This document shows positions 27,625 through 37,076 of a stretch of 58,403 nt of DNA, piece after piece. The translations under genes were made by a program, and so were the position numbers. This DNA comes from Patescibacteria group bacterium (GTDB taxonomy: Bacteria > Patescibacteriota > Microgenomatia > UBA1400 > 2-01-FULL-45-11), in the NCBI GenBank assembly GCA_042569595.1, contig JBHPHI010000003.1, positions 1-58,403 on the forward strand. The letters are read 5' to 3'. A model generated the notes under the pieces. The model was not told the DNA's origin. It saw only the letters and a list, made by a program, of their open reading frames with translations, and did no database searches. The first letter of the stretch is position 1, and each line of letters opens with the position of its first letter.

Positions 27625-28322
27625 CTAATTTTCGCAGCTATTGTTATCATTTTTACCCACTCGTCTGGATTGATGCTGGCTGATCCCGGAAGTACTCCGT
27701 CGATTTCCTCTTGGCTTAAAAATTCTTTTATATTGTCTGACTTTATGGAGCCTCCATATATGCTGGCCTTGAAAGAGAATTCTGATTTTATTTTTTTAAT
27801 CATTTCAACAACCTCTTTAATAGGTGCTGCGCTGCCCTTTCCAACTGGGCCAACCTGTTGGCTGATTGCTTCTGGGGGTTCGTACATGACTAAACTTTGA
27901 GATAGTTGCTGGCTATTTATAATTGAAAGCTGTGAGTGCCAGTTTTTTTTGTCTACAGCAATAATTGGGGTAATTGATGACTCAATGGCTTGCGTAACTT
28001 GGTTGTTTATTGTGTTGTCAGTTTCCTTAAGATAAGTCCTTCTTTCTGAGTGACCCACAATAACATATTCTATGTAATCTTTTAGTGTTCTTGCTGATAC
28101 TTGACCCGTGTATGCTCCATCTGGGAAAGATGAAATTGTTTGAGCTCCTAAAGCAAGATCCTTTAAGTCGCTTTTGAAAATTGGAAGATGAGTATATCCA
28201 GGACACAAAATAATTTTTAGATTTTCTGAGTTTTCGGAAAGGGATTTTTTTACAGTTTTTATCCAGTTTTTTGTTTCAGTGATATTTAAGTTGCTTTTCC
28301 AGTTTCCTATTACATACTTCAT
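27621..28322 (-). CDS. tpiA: Triosephosphate isomerase
   Basis: IGNWK, GAYTGQVS, VGHSERR, YEPPEAI and YGGS. Confidence 0.93.
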   Translation of the reverse strand: MKYVIGNWKSNLNITETKNWIKTVKKSLSENSENLKIILCPGYTHLPIFKSDLKDLALGAQTISSFPDGAYTGQVSARTLKDYIEYVIVGHSERRTYLKETDNTINNQVTQAIESSITPIIAVDKKNWHSQLSIINSQQLSQSLVMYEPPEAISQQVGPVGKGSAAPIKEVVEMIKKIKSEFSFKASIYGGSIKSDNIKEFLSQEEIDGVLPGSASINPDEWVKMITIAAKIS

Positions 28323-28369
28323 CTTAAAACTACCTTTGTGGTGATTTGTAATCGTGCTACCATTCTAGC

Positions 28370-30244
28370 ATGGCAAAAACCTTTCTATCGGGCTTAAATG
28401 AGGAGCAAAAGCATGCGGTAACTCACGATAGTGGCCCTGTTTTAATACTTGCTGGGGCTGGGTCAGGTAAAACCAAAGCCTTGACTCATAGAGCTGCTTA
28501 TTTAATTTCAGAAAAAAAAGTTCCCGAGGGTAGAATTTTGTTGGTTACTTTTACAAATAAAGCAGCGCTTGAAATGAAGCAGCGCTTGAATGATTTGACT
28601 GGGGTTAACCTTCCTTTTGCTGGAACGTTTCATTCTTTTTGCGCAAGATTGCTGAGGATTGAAGGAGGACATATTGGCCTATCGCCTGACTTTGTTATAT
28701 ATGATGAAAAAGATAGAAATGCTGCAATAAAAATGGTAATGGGTCAACTCAATATTAATACTAGAGAACACTCTCCTAAGTCAATCCAGTATGCGATATC
28801 AGCAGCTAAAAACGAGCTTCTATCGCCTTCGGATTATGTTGGATTTGCTCATGGGCCTCACCAAAATATTGTGGCAAAAGTATATGATGCATATCAAAAA
28901 CTAATGAGAAAGTCCTGGGCAGTAGACTTTGATGATTTGTTGTATTTGTCTGTTCGCTTGCTTGGTCAAATAGATCAAGTTCAGCAAAAATATCAAGAAA
29001 AATTTTTACACGTTTTAGTTGATGAATATCAAGACACAAACAAAGCTCAATATGAGCTAACAAAAATATTGGCAAATAAACATAAAAACTTATGTGTTGT
29101 GGGTGATGCTTCTCAATCAATTTATAAGTTCCGTGGAGCTGACTATCGAAACCTAATGTCTTTAAAACGAGATTTTTCTGACCTAACAACTTATAAACTT
29201 ACAAGAAACTATAGATCAACTCAAAATATTTTGGATGCGGCATATGGCGTTATTGGAAACAACACCTCTCACCCCGTTTTAAAACTGTGGACAGATGTGT
29301 CGGCTGGAGAATCTGTGACTTCTTACGAAGCAAAAAGTGGAAGAGAAGAAGCAAGGTTCGTACTTAAACAAATAAAAAGGCTGATTTTAAGTGATCCAAT
29401 CTTAAAATTGTCTGATTTCGCAGTTTTATATCGAACCAATGCTCAATCAAGAGTTTTTGAAGACGTTTTTATGAGATCCGGAATGGCTTACGAGTTGGTT
29501 GGCGGGGTTGAGTTTTATCAAAGAAAAGAAGTAAAAGATGTTTTAGCATACCTTCGTTTGTGCTTGAATGAAAATGATGAGGTGAGTAATAAAAGAATAG
29601 AAAAAATAGGAAAAAGAAGAGCTGCTGCATTTTATTCATGGCTTGATGGTGTAAGCGTTTTGGAGAAAAAAAGTATTGATTTGTTGGATGAGGTATTAAA
29701 GGCAACAAATTATTTGGACAAATATAAAGAAGAGGTTGACGAGGATTTGATGAGAATTGAAAACATAAAAGAATTGAGAAGTGTTGCTGAAGAATTTGAT
29801 AGCTTGTCTGACTTTCTGGACAACGTATCTCTTGTTCAAAATAAAACTCTTCCAAACAAAGGTTCTGAGTTAGAAAATGATTGTGTAACTTTTATGACTC
29901 TTCATGCAAGCAAGGGTTTGGAGTTTAATACTGTGTTTTTGGTTGGGATGGAGGAAGGATTGTTTCCTCACTCAAGGTCGATGATGGATAAAGATGAGAT
30001 GGAGGAAGAAAGAAGACTCTGTTATGTAGGAATGACTAGAGCAAAAAAGCGGTTATTTTTGACTTTCTCTAAGCAAAGACTGTATTTTGGATCCTTGACT
30101 TCAAATACTCCGTCTAGATTCTTGTCTGAAGCCCCAAATCATGTATTTTCTGGCGTTGATGACAATTTTTTGAAAACTGACAATGATTTGCTAGATAAAC
30201 TTTTGAGTGATGATTTGGATGTTGATGAATTTTTAGATTTTTAG
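28370..30244 (+). CDS. pcrA: ATP-dependent DNA helicase PcrA/UvrD
   Basis: AGAGSGKT, VDEYQDTN, NYRST, TLHASKGLEF and EEERRLCYVGMTRA. Confidence 0.95.
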   Translation: MAKTFLSGLNEEQKHAVTHDSGPVLILAGAGSGKTKALTHRAAYLISEKKVPEGRILLVTFTNKAALEMKQRLNDLTGVNLPFAGTFHSFCARLLRIEGGHIGLSPDFVIYDEKDRNAAIKMVMGQLNINTREHSPKSIQYAISAAKNELLSPSDYVGFAHGPHQNIVAKVYDAYQKLMRKSWAVDFDDLLYLSVRLLGQIDQVQQKYQEKFLHVLVDEYQDTNKAQYELTKILANKHKNLCVVGDASQSIYKFRGADYRNLMSLKRDFSDLTTYKLTRNYRSTQNILDAAYGVIGNNTSHPVLKLWTDVSAGESVTSYEAKSGREEARFVLKQIKRLILSDPILKLSDFAVLYRTNAQSRVFEDVFMRSGMAYELVGGVEFYQRKEVKDVLAYLRLCLNENDEVSNKRIEKIGKRRAAAFYSWLDGVSVLEKKSIDLLDEVLKATNYLDKYKEEVDEDLMRIENIKELRSVAEEFDSLSDFLDNVSLVQNKTLPNKGSELENDCVTFMTLHASKGLEFNTVFLVGMEEGLFPHSRSMMDKDEMEEERRLCYVGMTRAKKRLFLTFSKQRLYFGSLTSNTPSRFLSEAPNHVFSGVDDNFLKTDNDLLDKLLSDDLDVDEFLDF

Positions 30245-30264
30245 TCAAGTGTTACAATTAGGTC

Positions 30265-31263
30265 ATGAGGGAAGATAATTTCCAAGAAAATTTTAATGCT
30301 GGGGCGCCCCATCCTGTTCAGTCTTTTGCGTGGGGGGAGTTTCGAAAGAGTAAGGGTGTTGTGGTTGAAAGATTTATGGAAGGCAAAAAAAGCTTTACCA
30401 TTCTCTTCCACAATCTTCCGATGACAAATAAAACAATTGGTGTTTTAACTCAATCGCACATGCCAACAAAAAAAACTCTATCCACTTTAAAAAAATTGTC
30501 TTTAAAAAATAATGCAATTTTTACAAAGATAGAGCCCTACGTTTACTCTTTAGCATCCGATGAACAATCGCTTGAGGCGCAGCGGAAGTTCTTTTTGGAT
30601 CATGGATTAAAAAAAAGCAAACCTCTTTACCCTGAACACTCTTTCATTGTTGACTTAACTTCTTCTGATGATGAACTTCTAAAAAACATGAAGTCGAAAT
30701 CAAGATATAACGTGCGTTTGTCAGAAAAAAAAGATGTAAAGATAGTGGAAGATAGTTCTGATGAAAGTTTTGCTGAATATTTAGAATTGCTGAGTGAAAC
30801 TACAAACAGACAATCTTTTTATGCTCATACGCTTTCTTATCAAAAAAAGATGTGGCAATTTTTGAGAAATCACAAAATGGCATATTTGCTCAAAGCGACC
30901 CATCAAGGAAAAACGCTATCTTCGTGGATAGTCTTTGTTTTTAACAATAGGCTTTATTACCCATACGGAGCCTCAACTAGAAGGAAAAGAGGTTTAATGG
31001 CTCCTTATGGCTTGTTTTGGGGGGCAGTTCAATTCGGTAAAAAAATGAAATGCGATGAATTTGAGTTGTGGGGATCTCTAGGGATTAGTCCTGACAAAAA
31101 ACACTCTTGGTATGGGTTTCATCGGTTTAAGTCTAGTTTTGGTGGAAAACATGTGACTTATGTTGGTTCATACGACTTTATCTTGAGTCCTATTCTTTAT
31201 AAATTATATGTATTGGCAAATAAAACTCGATGGTTGCTTCTAAGGGTAAAAAGGGCTTTTTAA
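30265..31263 (+). CDS. FemABX-family peptidoglycan peptidyltransferase
   Basis: HPVQSFAWGEFR, MKSKSRYNVRLSEKK, YYPYGAS and GFHRFKSSFGG. Confidence 0.9.
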   Translation: MREDNFQENFNAGAPHPVQSFAWGEFRKSKGVVVERFMEGKKSFTILFHNLPMTNKTIGVLTQSHMPTKKTLSTLKKLSLKNNAIFTKIEPYVYSLASDEQSLEAQRKFFLDHGLKKSKPLYPEHSFIVDLTSSDDELLKNMKSKSRYNVRLSEKKDVKIVEDSSDESFAEYLELLSETTNRQSFYAHTLSYQKKMWQFLRNHKMAYLLKATHQGKTLSSWIVFVFNNRLYYPYGASTRRKRGLMAPYGLFWGAVQFGKKMKCDEFELWGSLGISPDKKHSWYGFHRFKSSFGGKHVTYVGSYDFILSPILYKLYVLANKTRWLLLRVKRAF

Positions 31264-32126
31264 TGGATCTTCGCCAAACTGACTATTACGCAGAGTATTT
31301 ATCTAGATTGGGATGGGATGTAATAAAAGAAAAATCAGTAAAATCTTTTGTTTATGTTAGGAAAATTCCTCTCACTAATGTTTCTGTAATAAAAATTCAA
31401 AGACCAAATCAACTACTTTCTATGTCGAAATTGTCTGATTATGAAAAAAAATATAAGGTAATTCAATCAAATATAGAGCCGCTGCATGATAATCAAATCT
31501 CCACACTTGTTAAGAAGAAATATTTTAGAAACAATGTTCCATTTTTACCTGGAAAGACCATAATAATTGACCTGAAGATGTCGGATAAAATTTTATTGTC
31601 CAGCATGAAGCAAAAAACTAGATATAACATACGGCTTTCAGAAAAACGTGGCGTGGATGTAAAAATATTTGATGGAAATGAACTGAAAAAAAACACAAAA
31701 CTTTTTTCTGCTCTTTTTGACATGCAAAAACAAAATGCTAAAAGATTGGGTGTATTTTCTTTGCCAAAAAAATGGTTTTATCACCAAGTTTCTGCCTTTG
31801 GAAATAAGTGTTTTTCGAGTATGGCGTACTACAAAAATGATCTTGTAGCAGCAACTTTTTATATGCAAAGTGATGATGGGTTGTTTTATTCACACAATGG
31901 CTCAAACAGCCTTGGTAGAAGTTTGTTTGCTCCGACTTATTGTGTATGGAAAGGAATGCTGGAGGGAAAAAGAAGAAAACTATCTTCCTTTGACTTTGAA
32001 GGAATATTTGACCCTAGGTCAAAAGTTATAAAGTGGCAGGGTTTTACGAGGTTTAAAGAAGGTTTTGGAGGAAGAAAAATGATGTATCCAGGGCTTTATA
32101 GTAAATGGAATTTGTTTGGTAGATAG
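31263..32126 (+). CDS. Second FemABX-family protein
   Basis: DLRQTDYYAEYL, MKQKTRYNIRLSEKRG, FDFEGIFD and GFTRFKEGFGG. The ATG overlaps the upstream stop. Confidence 0.88.
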   Translation: MDLRQTDYYAEYLSRLGWDVIKEKSVKSFVYVRKIPLTNVSVIKIQRPNQLLSMSKLSDYEKKYKVIQSNIEPLHDNQISTLVKKKYFRNNVPFLPGKTIIIDLKMSDKILLSSMKQKTRYNIRLSEKRGVDVKIFDGNELKKNTKLFSALFDMQKQNAKRLGVFSLPKKWFYHQVSAFGNKCFSSMAYYKNDLVAATFYMQSDDGLFYSHNGSNSLGRSLFAPTYCVWKGMLEGKRRKLSSFDFEGIFDPRSKVIKWQGFTRFKEGFGGRKMMYPGLYSKWNLFGR

Positions 32127-32127
32127 T

Positions 32128-34974
32128 TTATTTGATGGCAAAGGGGCAAATGCGGTTGTATTCGCAAAAATTACTACACCGTCTTTTTTCTGGATTAGCT
32201 TTAAAATCTGAAGTTTTAATTTTTTGAATATATTTTGCAAACTTCTTCTTAGTGTTTTCTAATTGTTTCTGGCTTTTTGAGGTTGTTATTTTATTTCCAG
32301 AATCAATAAAGTATAGACTTGCTTGTTTTGGATTTAGTCCAAACACCTCACTACTAGCTAAAGCGTATAAAGATAATTGTTCGTCTCTGTCTACTGTTTT
32401 TTGATCCTTAGTTTTTCCAGTTTTATAATCGATGATTTCTACCCCTCCCTCTATTTCGTCTATTCTATCTATTTTCCCTTTTATAATTATGTCGTCTATT
32501 TTTATCTTGAAAGATCTTTCTAAATGAATTGGTTTGCCAAATAAGTTTTTATGAGTTTTATAATAGTTTTTTAAGTCTTCAATACCCTTTTTGTATCTGA
32601 GTTCTTTGTGTTCTTTGCTTTTGTATCCAGTTTCATTAAAGTGAGATTTGTATAAGTCAATAAATTCTTTTTGACTTAGTTTCTTGCCTTGTTGTGCAAG
32701 TCGGTGAAAATCATTTAGGGTTTCGTGTATGGTCCTGCCAAATGTAAGAGATTGTTTGGGTAACGTAGGAACTTTGAGGATATATCGATATTTGTATTTG
32801 AGAGGACATCCATTAAAGTCATCTATTTGGGTGTAGGAAAGTGATTTGATTTCTGTTTTTTTGTATTTGTCTAAATAGGTAATGGTGGATGGCTCTGTAT
32901 TTTTTGAATTAATGATGATTGTGGGCTCTACTTCTTTTTCTTTAAGGTCGGTTTCTGATAAAAATCCACTTGGTTTTCTCTTTCGAACTCCCCCATAATC
33001 ATCTGCATATGATAAATAAAGGTGGTGTTTGGCTCTAGTCATGGCCACATACAACAATCTTCTTTCTTCCTCTATGTGATAATTACCCTCTGGAAGAGTT
33101 TCTTTAATTAAGCCCTCTGGGAATGGAATTCTATTTTTTCTGTTGGTGGTGGGAAATCTGCCTACGATAAGGCTGGGGATAAATACAACTGGAAACTCTA
33201 GACCCTTGGCAGCATGAATAGTCATAAGGCTGACAGTGTCTATGTCTTCGATGGTGGCTTGAGCGGGATTTTCCCCTGCCTCAATCCATTGGTTTAGAAT
33301 TTCAATAAAATGCGTGATGTGAGTATTTGACTCATCTTGTTCAAACTTTTTGATGTGGTCGAAGAGCAGGTTTATGTTTTGTATCTTTAATGAATTTTCT
33401 ACAGAATCAATGTTGGCGAGTTTTTGAATATAATCTGTGTGAATAATATATTCGTGTAAAACTTTGCTTGTGGGGTATTTGCTGGCATAGTTTTGAAACT
33501 TGATAATAGTGTCAATTACTTTATTTATTTGTTTTTCGTCTTTAAAGCTTTGAAGAGTTTCATAAAGTGATTGGCTGTTTTTTCTGGATAGGTTTATAAG
33601 CTGAATAATTTGACTGGGATCGACATGAAAATAATCAGAGTGCATGAAGTGGAAAAGCGAGGCGGATTCTTCTGGGTTGCTAAGCACGTATAAGAAGTCT
33701 ATCAATGACTTGACCTCTTTTTGATCAAAAAGGCCTCTATTTCCAACTCTTTGATAAGGAATGTTGTGGGTTTTTAATGATTGAACAAATGGGTCTAGTT
33801 GGTTGTTAGCTCGAGTGAGGATGGCAAAATCTTTGAATGTATAGTTTTTGGTGGAGACCAAGTGCATAATGTTTTCGATGATTATATCTATTTCTTCCTG
33901 GTGAGATTTGGAGTGGTAAATGAGTTGTTCTGAATCATTATCTTTAGTTTCTGATGAAAGTTTTTTGTTTATTCCCAGCTTTGTTTCTAGCCTGTCTGGA
34001 TTGTTGTGTTGGATGAGTTTGTATGAATGATCCAATATTGATTGAACTGAGCGGTAGTTTTTGGTGAGAATTATTTCTTTGGCTTTTTTATAATCTTTTT
34101 TGAAACCTAAAATATTACTGATGGCAGCGCCTCTAAATTTATAGATAGACTGATCATCGTCGCCCACGACAATAAGGTTTGGATTGTTATTTGCTGGTGC
34201 AAGTAATTTAATAAGTTGATATTGCGCATAGTTTGTATCTTGAAACTCGTCGATGAGGATGTGAGTGAAAAGATCTTGGTATTTTTTTAGAATACTGTTA
34301 TTGCTTCTAAAAAGGTGGAGAGTTTGAGTGATTAAGTCTCCAAAATCGTAAAGAGAGTTTTTGATTTTTATTTGATGATATAGCTTAAAAGCTGTGGATA
34401 TCTCACTAATATGGGAGGCAGATTCTTTTTCTTCGTCGGTTATGGTGTTTTGGGAGGATTTTTTTGCGTAATTTATAAATTCTTTGGGAGGGGTGTCTTC
34501 GTCCTGGAGTCTAGAAAAAAACTTAATGAGATTTGAAATGAATGTGCTTGGGTTTCCAAGAGGCCTAAAGTGGTCAAGTCCGAGATCGAAGATATTGTCT
34601 CTTATAAACAACCATTGTTGAGTAGGAGTCATGACAGTAAAGTTGGGATCTATGCCTATGTGAAAACCTTCAAGTCGAAGAATGCGATCACACAATGCAT
34701 GAAAAGTGCCTATCCAAGGTTCTTCATACCCCAAAGGCATGATCTCATCTAGTCTATCTAACATTTCTTCTGCAGACTTTTGAGTGAAGGTGGCAGCAAA
34801 TATACGGCTTGGTTCTACTTTTTTTTGAGTAATTAGATATCTAATTCTTTCGATGATGGTGGTGGTTTTGCCTGTGCCGGCTCCCGCAACCACTAAAAGA
34901 GGATCTAAAGCGTGACGAACAACTGATTTTTGGTGACTATTTAATTTCTTTTCGCTACTCATTTTTTTCTGCAA
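32128..34974 (-). CDS. UvrD-type helicase fused to a PD-(D/E)xK nuclease with a 4-Cys Fe-S motif (AdnA/AdnB-like)
   Basis: AGAGTGKT, DEFQD, AAKGLEF, GKIDRID...IIDYKTG, CPLKY and CSNFCEYNRICP. Confidence 0.92.
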   Translation of the reverse strand: MQKKMSSEKKLNSHQKSVVRHALDPLLVVAGAGTGKTTTIIERIRYLITQKKVEPSRIFAATFTQKSAEEMLDRLDEIMPLGYEEPWIGTFHALCDRILRLEGFHIGIDPNFTVMTPTQQWLFIRDNIFDLGLDHFRPLGNPSTFISNLIKFFSRLQDEDTPPKEFINYAKKSSQNTITDEEKESASHISEISTAFKLYHQIKIKNSLYDFGDLITQTLHLFRSNNSILKKYQDLFTHILIDEFQDTNYAQYQLIKLLAPANNNPNLIVVGDDDQSIYKFRGAAISNILGFKKDYKKAKEIILTKNYRSVQSILDHSYKLIQHNNPDRLETKLGINKKLSSETKDNDSEQLIYHSKSHQEEIDIIIENIMHLVSTKNYTFKDFAILTRANNQLDPFVQSLKTHNIPYQRVGNRGLFDQKEVKSLIDFLYVLSNPEESASLFHFMHSDYFHVDPSQIIQLINLSRKNSQSLYETLQSFKDEKQINKVIDTIIKFQNYASKYPTSKVLHEYIIHTDYIQKLANIDSVENSLKIQNINLLFDHIKKFEQDESNTHITHFIEILNQWIEAGENPAQATIEDIDTVSLMTIHAAKGLEFPVVFIPSLIVGRFPTTNRKNRIPFPEGLIKETLPEGNYHIEEERRLLYVAMTRAKHHLYLSYADDYGGVRKRKPSGFLSETDLKEKEVEPTIIINSKNTEPSTITYLDKYKKTEIKSLSYTQIDDFNGCPLKYKYRYILKVPTLPKQSLTFGRTIHETLNDFHRLAQQGKKLSQKEFIDLYKSHFNETGYKSKEHKELRYKKGIEDLKNYYKTHKNLFGKPIHLERSFKIKIDDIIIKGKIDRIDEIEGGVEIIDYKTGKTKDQKTVDRDEQLSLYALASSEVFGLNPKQASLYFIDSGNKITTSKSQKQLENTKKKFAKYIQKIKTSDFKANPEKRRCSNFCEYNRICPFAIK

Positions 34975-36097
34975 TTACGGCAGACTCTTTTTTCGCCATA
35001 CTCTTTCCTTCATCTTCTTGAATTCTTCTAATCCTAAGTTGCATACGTTTATATCTAGTGGATTTTATTTTATCGAAATTATCTCTAAGCTTAGCAATAG
35101 ATTCATCGAACTTGTTGAATTCTCCTGTGAATCTTTCCCACTCCTCAATGAACTGATGAATGTGTTTGATGATTCCTCTTAAATTGTTTTCAATCATGAA
35201 GTTTTTATATGACTCCATAACTGTGCGGGCCACTACTAAAAAGGTGAAGGGTGAGGTGAGGATGATTTTTTTAGCCATAGCTTGATCAACTATGTGGGGG
35301 AATTGTTGATTGATGTAGGAAAAAAGCATTTCGTTGGGAACAAACATGATGGCATAATCTAAGGTTCCAGCCTCAATGTCTATATATCCTCTTTTTTCAA
35401 TTTGGGTGATTTTAGTTTTTAAATCTTTTTCAAATAGTTTTTGGTGTTCTTTTTTGGCACTTTTAGTTTCGGCTTTGGCCATGTGTTGGATTTGTTGGTA
35501 TGGAAATTTTACGTCGATAGCTACTTTTCTCTCGTTGGGAAGGAGAAGGGTAATGTCTGGAATCACCTTTGTTCCTGGAAGAGATTTTTGTTTTTGATAG
35601 TGAACATCTTCTATGAGTCCGGAGTCTGTAAGAATTGTTTCAATGATTCTTTCGCCCCATTCTCCGCGAGTTTGATTGTTTGAAAGAACCCGGGACAAGG
35701 ATTCTGTGGAAGTTTTTAATTCTCTGGTAATTTCTTTGTGTTCTGCTATGGAGCGACTAATGTCTGCAAACTTCTTATTTCTGTCTCTTTCAAGTTCGCG
35801 AATTTCTTCTTGACGAATTTTTAGTTCCTTTTGTAGATCTGTAACAATTTTTTCGATGACGTCTTTTTTGTGAATATTGTCTTTATATATCGCTTCTTTG
35901 TCTGTCTCTAAAACAGATTTAGCCTGATCAATAACCCTACTGCTCACTTCTCCAAAAACTTGATTTACAATGTTTTTTGTTTTTTCTTCTTCAATATCTT
36001 GGGATGAGATTGATTGTATTTTTCTATTTACAAACCAGCCTAATAGTGAAAATCCTGCAATTAATATCGCGCTGATTAGATACAAATCTTGATTCAT
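34955..36097 (-). CDS. rmuC: DNA recombination protein RmuC
   Basis: RGEWGE, PDITLLLPNERKVAIDVKFP, DYAIMFVPNE and ILTSP. Confidence 0.92.
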   Translation of the reverse strand: MNQDLYLISAILIAGFSLLGWFVNRKIQSISSQDIEEEKTKNIVNQVFGEVSSRVIDQAKSVLETDKEAIYKDNIHKKDVIEKIVTDLQKELKIRQEEIRELERDRNKKFADISRSIAEHKEITRELKTSTESLSRVLSNNQTRGEWGERIIETILTDSGLIEDVHYQKQKSLPGTKVIPDITLLLPNERKVAIDVKFPYQQIQHMAKAETKSAKKEHQKLFEKDLKTKITQIEKRGYIDIEAGTLDYAIMFVPNEMLFSYINQQFPHIVDQAMAKKIILTSPFTFLVVARTVMESYKNFMIENNLRGIIKHIHQFIEEWERFTGEFNKFDESIAKLRDNFDKIKSTRYKRMQLRIRRIQEDEGKSMAKKESAVIAEKNE

Positions 36098-36139
36098 GAC
36101 GACATTGTAACACTTGAAACAAACAACTAGTATAGATTT

Positions 36140-36499
36140 ATGAACGTTGTTTTAAAAAGAGAAAGAAAGCAGAGATCTCAAAAGAAAAATCTTGTTCCTT
36201 CTCTTGTTTTAACGGTGATTTTTTGGATATTGCTGTTTTTATTAATTTTCTTTGTTGACCCATTGCTGGTGAGAGATTTCATTTTAAAAGATAGTTACGC
36301 TTTGTTTTTTATTCTTTTTTTTGTTTCAACTTTTTTATCTTTTTCTTTCCTATTAAAATCTTCAAGAAGGGGTTTATTTTTTTCTTTTGGAATTTCATTT
36401 TTTTTAGTACTTCGCTTAATTGGGATTGGTTCTATTTTTAATATTGCTCTTTTGACTCTGTTTTTGATAACTCTTGATGTATATATATCTCGATCTTAG
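36140..36499 (+). CDS. Small multi-TM hypothetical protein
   Basis: Basic N-terminus and about 4 hydrophobic segments; fills an intergenic gap. Confidence 0.75.
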   Translation: MNVVLKRERKQRSQKKNLVPSLVLTVIFWILLFLLIFFVDPLLVRDFILKDSYALFFILFFVSTFLSFSFLLKSSRRGLFFSFGISFFLVLRLIGIGSIFNIALLTLFLITLDVYISRS

Positions 36500-36568
36500 T
36501 TTGACTTGCGTATAAATATCTAATATTCTACTTTTATTAATTAAACTTATCTGATTTATCAATCTTTT

Positions 36569-36937
36569 ATGCAGGTTTCTAAAAAGAAATTAAACCAAAA
36601 TATTCAAAAACAAATTGAGGGAATATTTTTCAAGTTAATATCCGACATCCGAACGGAGTCCGAGGCTAAAGTAGTTTTTTGGGACTTACTATCTAAAACA
36701 GAACAGCAGGCAATTGTGAAAAGAATCGCTATTGCAATATTTCTGGATAAAGGTAGGAGTTATGAAAATATAAAAAGCTATTTAAAGGTTTCGTCTGCAA
36801 CCATTGCTTCTGTAAACGAAAAAATGGGAGACCCGGGAATACAGTTGGCTTTGCAAAAAATTAAGGCAGAAGAATGGGCTGAAGATTGGGTGGAAAAAAT
36901 TGGTCAGTTTGTTGAAAATATTTTCTCAAGTAAATAA
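36569..36937 (+). CDS. TrpR-like YerC/YecD HTH protein
   Basis: DLLSKTEQQAIVKRIAIAIFLDKGRSYENIKSYLKVSSATIA. Confidence 0.85.
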   Translation: MQVSKKKLNQNIQKQIEGIFFKLISDIRTESEAKVVFWDLLSKTEQQAIVKRIAIAIFLDKGRSYENIKSYLKVSSATIASVNEKMGDPGIQLALQKIKAEEWAEDWVEKIGQFVENIFSSK

Positions 36938-36946
36938 ATTTTACTG

Positions 36947-37053
36947 TGCTACAATAACGCCATGAGAGCAAAACCTTCACCTTTGATGTGTAAAGTAAGA
37001 ATTTGAACGTGAAGGGGTTTTATTTAGAACTCCTTTCGCAGAGGAGTTTTTTT
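36947..37053 (+). promoter_or_regulatory. Extended -10 promoter, 14-codon uORF and alternative hairpins: attenuator-like metG leader
   Basis: TGcTACAAT at 36947-36955. uORF 36962-37006 encodes MRAKPSPLMCKVRI. Pairings 36970-80/37009-21, 37011-20/37027-36 and 37028-34/37042-48. Confidence 0.65.
37028..37053 (+). terminator. Intrinsic terminator-like hairpin upstream of metG
   Basis: AACTCCT-TTCGCAG-AGGAGTT running into a T tract. Confidence 0.75.
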
Positions 37054-37076
37054 ATTGGTAAAATTTAAGGACGTAA

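Noticed and set aside
27621-28322. TIM as a possible pseudogene because of the YEPPEAIS and LPGSAS deviations
   Set aside because: Catalytic Lys, His and Glu are present and the frame is intact.
36960-37060. T-box or SAM riboswitch before metG
   Set aside because: No T-box consensus (GGTGGTACCGCG-like) or SAM-I core, and the leader is too short.
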